Shown: piece by piece, positions 1-13,400 of the stretch
How positions within the stretch are numbered: the first letter of the stretch is position 1
How the letters are laid out: each line of letters begins with the position of its first letter
NCBI GenBank assembly: GCA_965202585.1
Contig: OZ241830.1
Coordinates: 72,044,001-72,108,000 of the forward strand
DNA: 64,000 nt
Reading direction: 5' to 3'
Origin: Thalia democratica
Lineage: Eukaryota
Made by a program: the position numbers and the translations under genes
Notes under the pieces: model-generated
The model's database searches: none
Told to the model about the DNA's origin: nothing
What the model saw: the letters and a program-made list of their open reading frames with translations, nothing else

Positions 1-159
1 GGATACAGCCCATCATACTACGGTAAAGGTTACAGCAGAGGATACGTTCCATACTGCAGACCAACCTACCACCCAAGAAGAATCATCCGTCGCAGAACTT
101 GTTGTTACAGAAGAAGATACAACAAGGGATGTTACACCCCAGTCATCTACCACTGCTAA
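1..159 (+). CDS. 3' end of a Tyr/Arg/Cys-rich small protein (start lies upstream of the window)
   Basis: Frame 1 reads GYSPSYYGKGYSRGYVPYCRPTYHPRRIIRRRTCCYRRRYNKGCYTPVIYHC* (TAA 157-159). All 11 Tyr codons are TAC and third positions are strongly C-biased against an AT-rich background. AT-rich UTR-like sequence follows. Frame 2 is also open (Thr/Glu-rich), so the frame is not proven. Confidence 0.55.
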   Translation, partial: GYSPSYYGKGYSRGYVPYCRPTYHPRRIIRRRTCCYRRRYNKGCYTPVIYHC

Positions 160-3070
160 GTTATTCAGGTTTGAAAATTAATCTATAGCATAAGTTCTAA
201 AGTTAAGTATAAAAACAGTCTACCAGAATAATTGCTTTTATGGGCCTCAGTATAAACCCGGAAGAATCGTTGTATTTTTTATACATGATAAAATTCTTAT
301 GTAACTGCAAAACTGCCCACAAGTGTATATAGGTTTATACTTTAAAGCTTCAAGATGTGTAACTGATCCCTTTAAAAAGATTTCAATGTTCTTTTTAACA
401 TATTCCAAAAAGCTACATTATTCTGATTATATTTCTGTATATTTCTAGTTCTTTGACAACTGATTTTTTTAATTAATGTCTAAATCTAAAAAATGCAATT
501 TTTGATATTAGGACTTATTTACTTTGATTTATATAAAATTTTTCAAGTGTAAAACTGTCTTAAACTTAGGCTAAACTTTATAAACTCATAAAATATATGT
601 GGTAAGAATTTTTTTTCGTAAGTCTATCATTAAATTTTTTATAAAACTTAAATATTTTTACAGATGGCCAGCACACTTTAACAAACAGATGAACATCATT
701 CTTGTTGTAAAGTTGTTATTTTGTGCTAATAATAAATGATAAACTAACAAACAAATGCCTACTGTATTTATTAACATGCAAAACCTAGTATAAGTTTTTA
801 AAAGTTTCTGTAGTCTATAAATTAGCAAATAATTTTAAATTTGTTGCTGTTTTTATTGAATAAAAACTAGTAAATGTCTTTTACAACAAAAATAAAGCTA
901 TATACAACAAAAAGAACGATGAACGAACATTAGAAAACTGTATAAAAATAAAAATACTAGTTGCTGTTGATCAAAAGCAAATTAGACAAAACATCATAGG
1001 CATCAAAACTTCGGCCATAAACTTAAAGGCAGATAAAAGAGAAAATAAAAAACAGCACAAAAATAGCGTTATATATTTTATAGAATTGTACAAATAAAGA
1101 TAAAATTTATAATCAAACATAAAAACAAACTGAAAAAGTGCTAACAATAAACAAATAACTTTGTTTAAGAGAGTAAAAAAAAATAATTAAAAAAAAAGTT
1201 AAAATATTTTTAACTATTTTATATTAATAATTTTAGAGGAAAAGCGTTTGTTACAAATTAAATCGATAATAAAAAGTGAAAAAACAAAGTAAACTATTTA
1301 TAAAAGTTAGTTATAACTTTTAAGTATTCATCCGTAAAATTATTTAAGCATTATTTGAAGTTTAACAATTTTGCATGAAACTGTTTTATTTAGGAGTTTA
1401 TTCTAAAAGTTAGTTGAAAATGGATGATGCTGAACATCATTATTAATACGGTTTATGCATGTAAATTATCTGTTATTACTTCTCAATAAATAGTTTTCTT
1501 GCAATTATAAAAACCTTTTATAAACTGTTGTACTTTCACCGTTAATTAGTTAAAAACAAGTAATAGGCTCAAGTTTAAGTTTATTGAACTTTAAAGGTTT
1601 AGTATAAAGACTTTTTATAGTCTATCTTGGTAAAACGTATAAGAAATATTGCAGCAGTAAAATAACTTTGTTTTTCAATAACACTTAATAGATTAATATT
1701 ACCAGATTAGCCTGTATTTTTTAATTTTGAACAAAAATTTACCACATAAAATAAGTAATAGTGGTTATATCTATAGAACTTAAAACTTTTCAATACATAA
1801 AAAACTGTAGTCGATGCAATCGTATAAGTTTAATTAATATGGTAGTGGCTTCTAAGTTTTCAGCAATAGAAAGTCTAAGATCTTTAAATGTTAAGTTTGT
1901 AGGTAATTTTGTTTTGTTTGTCTTTAATTCAGTGGAGTTAAAAGTACTTTTCTAATATTAAGAAAAAAACTACTAAGGTTCAAGTTTAATTTTCTATAAT
2001 TTAGCAAATGGCAGATCCTAATGAATGACAAAAATAAAACTCTTTTTCATAACTTACAGAACTAGATCATATATTTAGAGCTCTAAATACATTAGTGGTC
2101 TTTAAGATAACTTAAAGTTGTGTACACTAAAATATAAAAAAATCAGTGTACCCCAAATTAAAATATTGCAATTTATTATTTTGCATTGTAATTTTTTTTA
2201 AATAAATTATATAGCCAATATTTATTTTAACAGTTTATTACTAACAAAACAATGTTTCACTCCTATACTTGCATACAGGAAATCCTCAGTTGTTGTGAAA
2301 ATGTTTAATTTAAAACAAGTTACTTTAATAAATTATATACGGATGAAATAAATCATGTAACAATTTTTTTTAATAAATTGTTTGTAGAGTAATAGAAGGT
2401 CAAGTTGTAACTGATACTGCCGCCCGCAAATGTTTTTATTTTTGAAATTTGGCCCGTGACTACCAAAATGCCTACCTACCCCAGAATTAGTTGATACATT
2501 TTTATCGGAAATAATAAATTTTATTAAAAAAATTACTACCGCAGTATAACTTGTGTAAATTTAAGAAAAGTTGCACGAAAAATACGCTAAATAATTAAAT
2601 TTATTAAAAAAGTTAGTAAAATAAACTTTTTATGACGTAAACCTGAGGTAGTTAGAGTCAGTTACTTTTTCTTATAACAAGTTGTTTTTTTAGAAATATA
2701 ATTTTTCAATTGGTAGTTAGACCAAAAAAACTTCAACTTAGTAAAAGATAAAGAATGGATACTTTTAACAAGTTCAAGAAACAGATTTGGAAAAAAACTA
2801 AACAAAGTTAGTATTTTGCTCAATACATACTAGTTTAAATGCTTCTAAGATATATATTCCTTTAAATACAATACACATTTTTAAAGGAAGCAAACATATT
2901 TTTACAATCGATCTTAAAATATTCGGTAAATTAGATCTGCTAGCTCAATCTGTGTCAGCTGCATTTTAAACATTAACAAATATTCCATACAAAAAGCTGC
3001 TTACAAGATTAATTCTGGAGCTGCAAAAACTGCAGCGACAAGTGAATTAAAAAAATTAGTTTTTGAACAT

Positions 3071-3219
3071 GGGACACGGTCAAAATCCACCCGGTCAAAT
3101 TCGAGAAAAATAAATAAATAGTAAATAAAAAATGCAAAAAATATATAAAATAAGTTAAGAAATAAATAAATGAATAAAAAGTCGGGTGGATTTTGAACAC
3201 GGGTCGATTTTGATAGTAC
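3071..3219 (+). mobile_element. Non-autonomous element with asymmetric subterminal inverted repeats (HINE/Helentron-like), family A
   Basis: Ends GGGACACGGTCAAAATCCACC...GGTGGATTTTG...GATAGTAC. The same two ends occur in inverted orientation at 39228-39428. Confidence 0.6.
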
Positions 3220-5431
3220 AACTTGAACATTATATATAGAAAATCTACTGAATTTAAACAAACTGAATTTACTGGATGTAAAGTTTATTCTCTGAGTTTA
3301 ATGTTCCAAGACCAAAACCCAGTGGTCAACACAAATACAAAAAACTATTAAAGCCAAAAGTTATAACAAGTTCTTAAAAGGCACTATTGTTAAAAATTAC
3401 AAAACTTTATACTTTTGTGTGTGTCACATTGACAATTCTTTAAGTAATTGTTCATAAAAGAAATTACTAACTTTTTCACGCATCACTTTTCTTATTTCAG
3501 AATACCTTAAAATGTTTAGAGAAAATAAAGGTTACCTATCTTAATTACATATAACACTTAAAATTCTTTTGAAAATTCTTTAGTATTGTTTTTTGAAAGT
3601 TTTTACTTTTTAAATAAGCTAACAAGTTACATGCAAAATCGCCCTATTTTTATAACACAAATGAGTAAAAAAAAAAACATTTCACAAATGAAAAATACTC
3701 ATTATTAAAAAGTTTAGCATTTAGTTAATAAATAAATTTCATGAAAAAAAATAAGGCTAAGGTAAAATCCATAACCTTTTATTAATTAAGGTGGGGGGTT
3801 AATATATAATTTTTAAAGGTATTATATAAATCTTTAGCTAGCCTAAAATTTCATTTTACTGATTTTTAAAATTCAAATTAACCTAGGCCAGTCAAAATAA
3901 GAACCTCTTATTGGAGGGTAAAACAAACCAATAAGTTTAAAAAACCTATCTCTTCTTTTATCATTTAAGCTAACAACCTAAAACTTCATGAAGTTCTCTG
4001 CAAATTTTAAAAAATATTGTTGTTTTTTGCGGAAAAATGTTTAAACAGTTGCTAAAAATGAACAAAGTATAGGATTTTAGTGAACTAGTCTTTTTTTTTC
4101 TGTTAAGCATCTTACATAAAAAACCTGTTGTTACCTTAGTTTTATTTTTTTTTTGTTATTAGATATCATTACCCATAGGTTATTTGAAAACTTTTATATT
4201 TACTCTGAATAAACTTCACCTTTTATTTTGTTATTTAAAAAAAGTTTTTAATTATTTCAGATAAGTATTTTTTTAATTATATTTTAGTAACCTTGTTATT
4301 TTTTATCAAATTACTTGCACAAAGTTTTTTTTCAAGCTATTTTTTATTAATAGATAGTTAAATTTTAATTTAAAGTTATTAGATTTGTAATTGTGCGAAT
4401 ACAATATTGTTTATTGAACGATAAAATAACGCTCAAAAAGTTTGGTCTAAGGACCTGTTGTACAAAGGAGCCTTTCGGTTATCGAGTCGTACACCACCTT
4501 ACAGAAACAGAATACCTTACGAAATGCAGAAACTTCCACAAATTTAAAATTGAAAAAAAATTCACTACAGCTGTTAAGAAAATGTGATGATATGTAAAGG
4601 TATAAGATATGTTTCTATGTATATACTTTTTTATATATGATTTAAAATTTGTTCGAACAATTTTGTTAAAATTTTTTTGTGTTCTGAAAATTAGCTTATT
4701 TCTTCATACTACCTTTATGATTTTTGCATAAGTGTTACAAACTAGGGAAATTTTTACTTTTACAATATCAATCTGCAGCATCATCTATCAAAAGACCACG
4801 CGACATCACTGATACTAACTACAACTAAAAGTTAAAGGTAACAAAACAAACTTAGCTAAAATTTAATTTACAGTAAGTTCTTAGGTAAAAACAGTTAGCT
4901 GTTTTATTTTTTACAAAGTTACCATGGTAAAGATAGTTAATGTATTTAAAGTATAGGTATCTAAGTTTATTGGACAGAAAAAATGAAATCGCTCAAAATA
5001 CTTCGTCCTAGAACCTGGTGCACAAAGAACCTTTCGATTATCATATTATTATATTATAAGCTTCTACATACTTTTATGTTAAAAAGAAGTAATAATGAGT
5101 GTAAAGAATTTTACAAAAAATTTATCAAAAATATAACAGACAAAGATAAAAGTTGATAAATTTAAATTGAGACTCTCTTGAGTACTTTTCTAATTCTGGA
5201 TCTACTTACAAAAGTTATTTTTATATTAAAAATTTTAGAAAGCTAAAGAAAGTAAAGAAAAGCAAATTGTATTGTTATAATAAATATTTAAAAAAGCTCA
5301 GACATGTTAAGAAATGTAAAAAAACAAAGAATCTGTAATGATCTGAAAGTGTTTAAAGATTTTGATTCTGACGAAATATTTGAACATTCTTGAATACAAA
5401 GTTGAAGAAAAAGTCAAGCTCGAATACTTAA

Positions 5432-5634
5432 AAATTACAATTGAACTGATCCTAGTATTAAAAATTGGAAACGTTAAATACTGTGAAAGTATTCGAAAAC
5501 GAAATTTAAAACCTGTTTACTCAAAATAAAAACAGTTTATAACGGTTAGAAAAACCGAAAAAAAGTTAGTTTATGTATTTCATATCGAAAAGTTTTGTTT
5601 CGTGAAAATACTAGGATCAGTTCAATTGTAATTT
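5432..5634. mobile_element. Tc1/pogo-type MITE, about 200 bp
   Basis: Perfect 28-bp inverted repeat 5432-5459 / 5607-5634 (aaattacaattgaactgatcctagtatt), with TA next to a CAATTGAAC terminus. Confidence 0.7.
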
Positions 5635-6685
5635 AAAATAAGTTAAAGACATAGAACTGATAACCTATAATTATTCACAATATAATTAATAACAATACAA
5701 TTTTTAACCTATTCAAACTATGCTTATCACTTAAAAATAATTAAATTTACAGAACTAATTTTTAATTGCAGTACTCCAAGAAATAATTAGATAAGAAAAG
5801 AATTATACTTACTAGAAACATTACGAACGAAACAAGATAGCAAAAGTATTAACAATGGAGTGATAAAACCACAATCATGAAAAACCCAAACAAAGTTAGT
5901 TTTTCTATTTTTATTAATTCCTTTTTTTGTAATTTATTTCTTTTTTATATTTCAAACAAGTAACATTTTGATGGTAACATTCATGTTTGTGCGGAAAATT
6001 GATTTTGTAAATGCTTTTTATTTAAAATCTTTAAATTTTCGTTTCAGACTAAATTTAACTGTCGATTTAATGCACCACAGATTGCATAATAGTTTTTTAG
6101 TTTGGATTTTTTTCAGACCTTTTGATCTAAAAGCTTATATGCTATAAATTTCAAATTTGATTAACAATACAATGTTTCACTTGCTTGAAACTAGTCAAAC
6201 AAGATCTTCAGTAGAATAAAATATTATTCAAATTGAATTCTATAAGTTTTGTAGATTTTGTATTTATAAGACACCAAAGTGTTTTTTCTAATGGTATTTT
6301 AGTTTATTAAAATAGTGTTCGTATAGGGCAAGTATGGAAACCTTTCATATGTCACGGAATTTAATAACTCTTTATCGTTTTATATTTCAGAGGTCGGCAA
6401 ACTAGCCTGGCGGGCAAGATCCAATCAGCAAAAAAACACTTTGGGGTTGCAACGTATGTTTATCTTAAAAACGATTAATACAAAACAAAATTAAATCTTT
6501 TTAGAATAAAAGTTTTCAGGTTTAATTCTAATAGCATTTTGAGTAAACTATGATGCGTATGATATAATGATATCATCAAAAAAAATATTTTTAAACAATT
6601 TTTTAAGTAATGCTTTTTAAAACTATGGTGGCTATGAATATTTCTTTTTATTAGGTTCAACTGCTATACTAGCTAAAAACTATGA

Positions 6686-7030
6686 GAACGAGTCAAATAT
6701 GCACGAGTTTTTGCACGAACGGTCGAGTATGCACTAAGGAACACTTTTGCACGAAGATACTTTTGCACAAAAGGTCAGTTTTGAACGAAGACACATTTGC
6801 ACGAAGAATCTGTTTTGCACGAAGGGTCATTATTGCACGATTTAAAAAATAACAATAACAATAAAAAACGAGAAGAAAAAATAGTTACCGACTGAGGGTA
6901 AGGGTTAGGAGTAACAGTGAAAGTAAAAAAAATAAAATAAAAATTATTGATTAAAAATTAATTTAAAAAACAAAAGATAAGAAAATTTACCGACCGAGGG
7001 TAATGGTTAAGGGTAACAGTGATATGAAAA
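6686..7030 (+). mobile_element. HINE-like element, family B (3'-truncated)
   Basis: Array of about 18-bp TTTTGCACGAAG units, followed by two copies of GAC(C/T)GAGGGTAA(G/T)GGTTA(G/A)G(A/G)GTAACAGTGA. Homologous to 50108-50682. Confidence 0.65.
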
Positions 7031-10000
7031 ATGAATAAAAAACATTGAAAAACAAGAAATAAAAATTATTTGAATTTTTTTTTTTTTTGAAAATGTTTTA
7101 TTGTTAATAAAGAATAATTGATATGTAAGACTTATGTCGTCATCTTAATATTGACTTTTGACTCGTAAATAAAATTGATTAAGTCATTCTGCTGTTGAGT
7201 ATTTAATTTGTTTAAGTTTTAATTTTTATTTTTGGGTAAGTCAACGTTGTACACAGAAAACAATCGTCTCCTGAGCAATTCAAGTCGAAAATTTGTCACG
7301 ATGTGTTTATAAGTTAGAAATTTACAAATTTATGCACATATTTATAATTAACGAATGAATGAACTTCACTAACTGCTACATATTTTTTTTTAATACATGT
7401 GTTTTTAACTTTAATATTTGATTTTATTGATCAGCTTTGTAAATATATGGTTGACATGTTTAGTAATGCGTTATTTAATGGTACTAAAATTGTTTAAATT
7501 AATTTATTTGAACTTTATAAATAACATCAACCTGTTTTTAAAAATATTTTCTTTTCAAATAGATTAGTTTACTCAAAGCATTTAGATACTTATAAAAGTC
7601 TCTATGTTAAGAATTTTTTTTATAAACAACATTTTTATTTTGTTTTTAGTTTTTAGCAAATACCTAATGACTAGCAACGAAACAAACAAAAAACTATCAT
7701 TAAACTTTCCGAGTATTAAAAAGCGACTGGTTTGTGCTAAATTTTCTAATCAAAATATCTATGTTTTGAGGATTTGTGTTTTTAAATGACTTTGGTGTCT
7801 GTTCGAATGCTTGATCCTTTTGCATATTTCAAAGCTTTAATATAACTGACTAGATTTTGCGTTTTAAGTATATATATATCGTTCTGCTTTACAAGTTTGT
7901 TTTTATTAAACCACAATTATATAGTCGTATTTCCTAAATATTTTTTTTTTCATTTTTTTTTAATTTTAATCTAGTTATGCTGTTATTAGTTCGTTTAAAG
8001 ATTACAACTTACACTCTCTTTTAAGGTAAGCTAGTCTGTAACATATAACTTAAGTATTTTCATTTTAAAGCTTACAAAACTTTTGTTTAAATGTTTATAT
8101 TTTTAATTAATTAGTTAACCATAAATATGAAAATACTAATTTTGTTAGTATGTAATTCGGTTTAAAAATACATTAGGTTTAAGGTTTTCTTATTAAGCTT
8201 ATTTTCAAAGTTTTTCTGCTGTAATCTTAAAAATTCAAACATAATTAAAAAATCTAAATTATTTTTTTTATTTACTCGAGTATTTAATAGCTTATAACAA
8301 ATATATATAAGCTTCAACATTCAAATCATACAACATAAAAACTCAAGTATATTAGTGGTTTATAATATTTTTTTTTTCTAAGTTCTTTTAGTTTAGATTT
8401 CTGATAAACTATTTTCTCATTTAAGTTTTCATTTTAAAGAATATTTGTTATTTTCTAAAGATATTTTCAGTTTTCATCAAGATTTTATTAAAACTCAACT
8501 AATTTCTTTTTGTTAACAAAAGTTTAATACTAGTGTACAATTTTTACATCTACAAAAGTATTAAAGCAACTTTAAAATCTATATACAATAATAAAAAGGA
8601 TACGAAAATTAGAAAAATGTTTTCCTTTTTAATGCCATTACAAAAGCTAGCTTGCGTTAAACTTAATCCATTCAACAAAGAAAGGTTAATGTTAGACTTC
8701 TGTATAGCGATACTAAATATAAGTACAATAGATTTCCACAACACCTATTGTTTGTATTTCTCCTTATGTTTAGTACTTTAACAATCAAAACGAAAATGTA
8801 TGTTGACATTAACCAATCCTTACATTATCATTGAGGTAAGGACATTCTGTTTCAAGGTTAAAAACTATATGATGTATACTGAGTTTGTATTTATCATAAA
8901 TCTGTAATTGAAAAGTAATATTTTTAGCTTTTTTTTCTTTAACACTAAGAAAATTTTCAATACTTTTTATCGAGTAAGCTAACTTTTCAATTATAATTTT
9001 TTTTAATTATTTATTTCTCTTAACTACTTACTATTACTGTGTTAATTTTTTAACTAGACTCAGTTATCATTAAAAAAAGTTAATAAGCAAAATCATAGTT
9101 TATTCGTTTAAAAAGTACGCTTAAAAATTGCATAAAAAAGTTGAAAAGCTTCTTTTGAAGAAGAATGTTTCCAACAAACAGTCCTAGTTGATTAATGAAC
9201 CAAGCATTAAAAACGGCAGTGATTTTTATTGAAGAAAACATTAAATTGCAACAATGTCTAATATTACATGCAGTTGTGCAGTTAAAAGAAACATTTATAT
9301 ATGCTCCAATAAAAGTTATTAGGCGTAAATGTTTAAAAAAAAAGTCAACAAGACGTTATAAAACAAAATTTACAACAAAAAATAAAACGTTTGCAACACA
9401 TACGGTTTGTTTGATGGCTAATATTGAGTAAGTTGATCCGGAACCTATACCTGCGTAAAATATTAATATCAAACATTTATTTTGTAAGTCAAAGTTCTTA
9501 AAGTTTTTTTTATGATATTTTCCACTATTTGCGTGAACTTCACTTGAAAACTGCGCTTTACGCAAACAAATGTTGTAAGTTGAATACCGATGGTTTTGTA
9601 AGACAATGTCATTGGGGTTTTTGTTAAAACATGTTTTGTTTGCTTAAAACTAGGCTTCTGGTGTAACTGGATTTTAACGCCATTAAAATACCTAGTCATT
9701 GTAATTTTATGATATTTTTTCTACTGATTTATCAATTGGTTTAAAGGGAATTTTAAGCGTTTTAATTATAATTTTAAACATATTTCAAACCGTTTTTCAA
9801 CTTCAGAATTGATTTTTAAACTTTGTATTTATATCATTAAGGTAATTAAAAATATTATAATCAAATTTAGCAATGCAACATTCGACTAAAAGAATTTCAA
9901 CACCTTAATCTACAAAACCAAAAGTATAGTTTTAACGACCGTGTCTAATAAAAGATATTTTAATAGCTTGACTTAAAAATTATTAAAAATATATTTTATC

Positions 10001-10320
10001 TAAATAATCTAAATAAAAAAGCTTTTTATGATATTATGAAAAACAAAATTATTCAAAAATCAATAAAATAGTCTACTTATATGTTTTATTTTCTAACAAT
10101 AGCCTTTTTACTTTCTTTAAACTAAAAAGTGAAGAAAACATTAGTATATTTTGCTTTTATTTTCTTAACCTTCGCTTTGTTTCAGAAACCTTCAAGGACT
10201 TTGTTTTACTTTAAATGAAACGAAAATAAACTGATTATAGTTTCAACAAATATTTAACGAAACCAAAAAAAGGTTATCGAAAGTTAGGTATTAACTATTA
10301 ACAAAAGTAACAAACCTAAT

Positions 10321-10432
10321 ACACGAAAGAAAATAAAAACAGATTCACTTTGAAATAAACACTTTAATGTTTTACCATAAAAACACACGAAAGAAAATAA
10401 AAACAGATTTAATTTAAAATAAACACTTTAAT
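10321..10432. repeat. Short tandem duplication (period 64 bp) in protease 3' UTR
   Basis: acacgaaagaaaataaaaacagatt...aaataaacactttaat occurs at 10321 and 10385. Confidence 0.85.
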
Positions 10433-10455
10433 ATTCTTCCGTAAAAAACTTATCA

Positions 10456-13400
10456 TTACATTTCAAACAAACCCGAGTTTTCTCTGATCCAGTCGCTGAA
10501 TTCGGACACCCTGGTGTAAACCCCGGGACTGCGTGCCCTAGCGCAGTTGAACCCGAAACTGGTGATGCCCTGCAGGTAGTACTTGCCCTGGTCCTCGTTG
10601 AAACAGGCCAGCGGACCGCCGGAATCGCCCTGGCAAGTGTCAACCCCTCCCTCCTCAAAACTGTTTCGCGTAAGGGGATTTTTCGTTAAAAGTAGAAAAC
10701 TTTAGGTTAAAAAACTTTAAACAGTTTTGGTATAGTTATTTTGAGTTTTATTTCCAGTTTCCTATTTACTTTTAGAAACATTTTATTTCATCGTAACTAA
10801 TCGGATTTGAATTAGTTAGTAAAACCAATTTGTTTATATAAATCGTTATTCTTGTTTTTGGTTAAGTTCAGATTTGGATGTATACTTTTTCAGGGTTGTA
10901 AAAATAAATTTAGTCCTTGAATAGATTTAGTATGAAAATATCACTGTTACACAAACTATAAGTGCTAGAAAAGCAAGCCTTCAAGAAATACTCAAAGTTT
11001 TATTAAAGTATCAAGTAATAAAGTATTTAAGCTAAAAAAATTTATTTACAACAGTAGAAGAAAGTACTTTAAGAAAAATATATTTCGTTTTCATAGGTAT
11101 ACTTTCATACTAAGTTTATAAAATATTTGATTACCAAAGCGATAAAAGATTTACAAGTTTGTTGACTCACGAATTTATTCATTAAAAATGCTTAACTCAA
11201 TTAATTAGTTTAACATAATCATCAACTACAAAAACTTTCAAAGGTTAAAATAAAGATCTATGGAATTATTAAGGCTCAGCTTAAGTTTACAAACTAAATC
11301 GTTACATTTGTTGTTACTATCAAATTTAATTATAACTGTACGATAAAAGATTTTTAAAAACTAAATATGTTTCAACATACTAGCATACCAAGTTAGTATT
11401 CTATAACAACAAAACACATGTTCTTTTACATTAGCACACAATCAACTTGTAATTTTTGTAGTTTTAGTTACCTTTATAGACAAGCTTTTTCACAGTCGTT
11501 ATAAATGTAAAACAAAATTAAATGAAGTATAAGTTTTACAACTTTTTCAACTCACATGTTTTTAATTGATTAAATGAACTTATTTTTCCACAAGCCTTAT
11601 TTACGGTTTTGAACGCGAAATTATTACACGGTCAGTCAAGCGTGTGATGCGGTCGTTTAAAAATAAATTTACTATTTCATCTCACGGTGTAAAAATTCGG
11701 AAACTTAATTGTGAAAAGTTGATAGAACTTAAATTTTTTTTTTAACTCTTTTTATTAAAAAACAGTTTAAGCAGTTTTTTAAAAAAAATTTGTATACAAT
11801 TTACAAACGAACCCGGCACACATGAAAACATCGACGACCCTTATGGCCCTAAGGAACCTCTGACACCTGAAATTGCTCAGTATTGGGACGTTTGCGTGTT
11901 GAAGTACACTGGGTGTCGTAGAGCTTGTTTCTAAAGTGAACACTTTTTGTTATATGTTTTCGCGTGAAAATATTTCACAAATATCTTAACTTTTATACCG
12001 ATGTCAGTCTGAGTTTAAATCATTGTCTTGTTTTTAATTCTATAAATTATACAAAGCAGCTTACATTGTACACAAAAAAAGTTTTAGGACAAAAAGCTTG
12101 ATTGAAAAAATATTTCAAAAATAAAACAAATCTTCTAACCATCGGTGGTTCCCCAACCGCTGATGACGCAAGACTTCCCCACAGTGACGTCACTCCCCTG
12201 CGGAGGAACAGAGATGTTTCTGACCAACGAGTTGAAAGTTGCGGGTCTGTCCAGGAAGAGAAGCGCGATGTCGTTCTCAAGCGTTGTCGGGTTGTAATCT
12301 GAAACAACTTATTTATATGAAATAATTAAAACTTTTAAAGTAATCTTTTTTTAAAATCTTTTGAATTAAAAAAAAAACTTGTTGCTATTGTTTTTGTATA
12401 ATTTGTTTTGGTTTTATTAAAATTCAGTCAAGTATTACATACGATGTTTTATTTTCAAATATTAATCCGGTCGTAATCTGAAACAACTTATAAAATAAAT
12501 TATTTGTTTCAAACTATTAAATTTTAACTAAGTTTTTTAAACAACTTAAAACTTGTTTATGTACAATTTGAATTTGAATTTTTTTGAAATTCCATAAGTA
12601 TTACGTTATATGTTTTCTTGTTAAATACTAACAAATATTTTGTAATTTATCTACAAGTTAAATGGGTTTGTTTTTGTAAAAAATTTTACTAGTTGCGTAA
12701 GTTTTGTAAAAGTCTTTGGAATTTAGCTTTACTTTCCAAGATTAATTTTAAATCAGTGCACCTTTTATTGAAATTTAGATAAATGGGTGTGCTTGTATAA
12801 AGGTTAGTGATTACATGAAATTGCATTTATAAGCATTTTTTCTAAAGGTCAAGTTGCTTTATAGAGACATGTTTCGATTTTATACTTGAAAATGGACACA
12901 GCTCATCACTTTAGTTACTTTTTTATAGAACAGTTGTGAAAGTTTAAACTAGTAAACAAAACCACTTAACCTTTATGCTCTATTTTCAGGTCAACGAAGA
13001 AGCTCTGCCCGATGTCCCTTCTTCTGTTTGTAACTCCCAGTGAAATCCTCATTCTAGAAGCAGGTGTCCTGTGAAAACAAAAAATTTAAGAAATATAAGT
13101 GTCAGTTTTCGAGAGATAACACTTTTGTTTATTGTTTTCATAATTTAAAGAAAACTTTCTAAAGTGTTATATTAGTTTTAACTTTTCGTATGTTAAGATT
13201 AGGTTTAGTTAAAAAAGTAAATTGGTAGCCCTATTTAATAAGGAAAATAGCGTATCTTTTTCGGTAAGTAACAAAATTTCAACTCCTTTTGTGTAAGTAT
13301 GTTGAAATGTGTAAGCTTTTAATAATTTTTATTAGTCCTTTTTTGCCAAACATATAAATACTAAAGAAATTATACGAATAAATGCGTGCTCATTTTTGAA

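Noticed and set aside
6700-6840. Regular TTTTGCACGAAG repeats resembling a CRISPR array
   Set aside because: Units are only about 18 bp with 5-7-nt variable parts, in a eukaryotic context with no cas genes. They belong to the transposon-like family B.
6895-7020. GGGTTAGG motifs as interstitial telomere
   Set aside because: Only single units embedded in a dispersed element, with no (TTAGGG)n array.
1761-8781. Short F/L/I/K/N-rich ORFs from the ORF track (also 16319, 30223, 35582, 44080, 46586, 48356, 54272, 56034, 58061)
   Set aside because: Composition mirrors AT-rich codons, with no GC3 signal or homology motifs.
9195-9699. Cluster of 69-78-aa ORFs in a slightly GC-richer patch
   Set aside because: No motif, codon bias or convincing splice sites. 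Possibly an old repeat relic.
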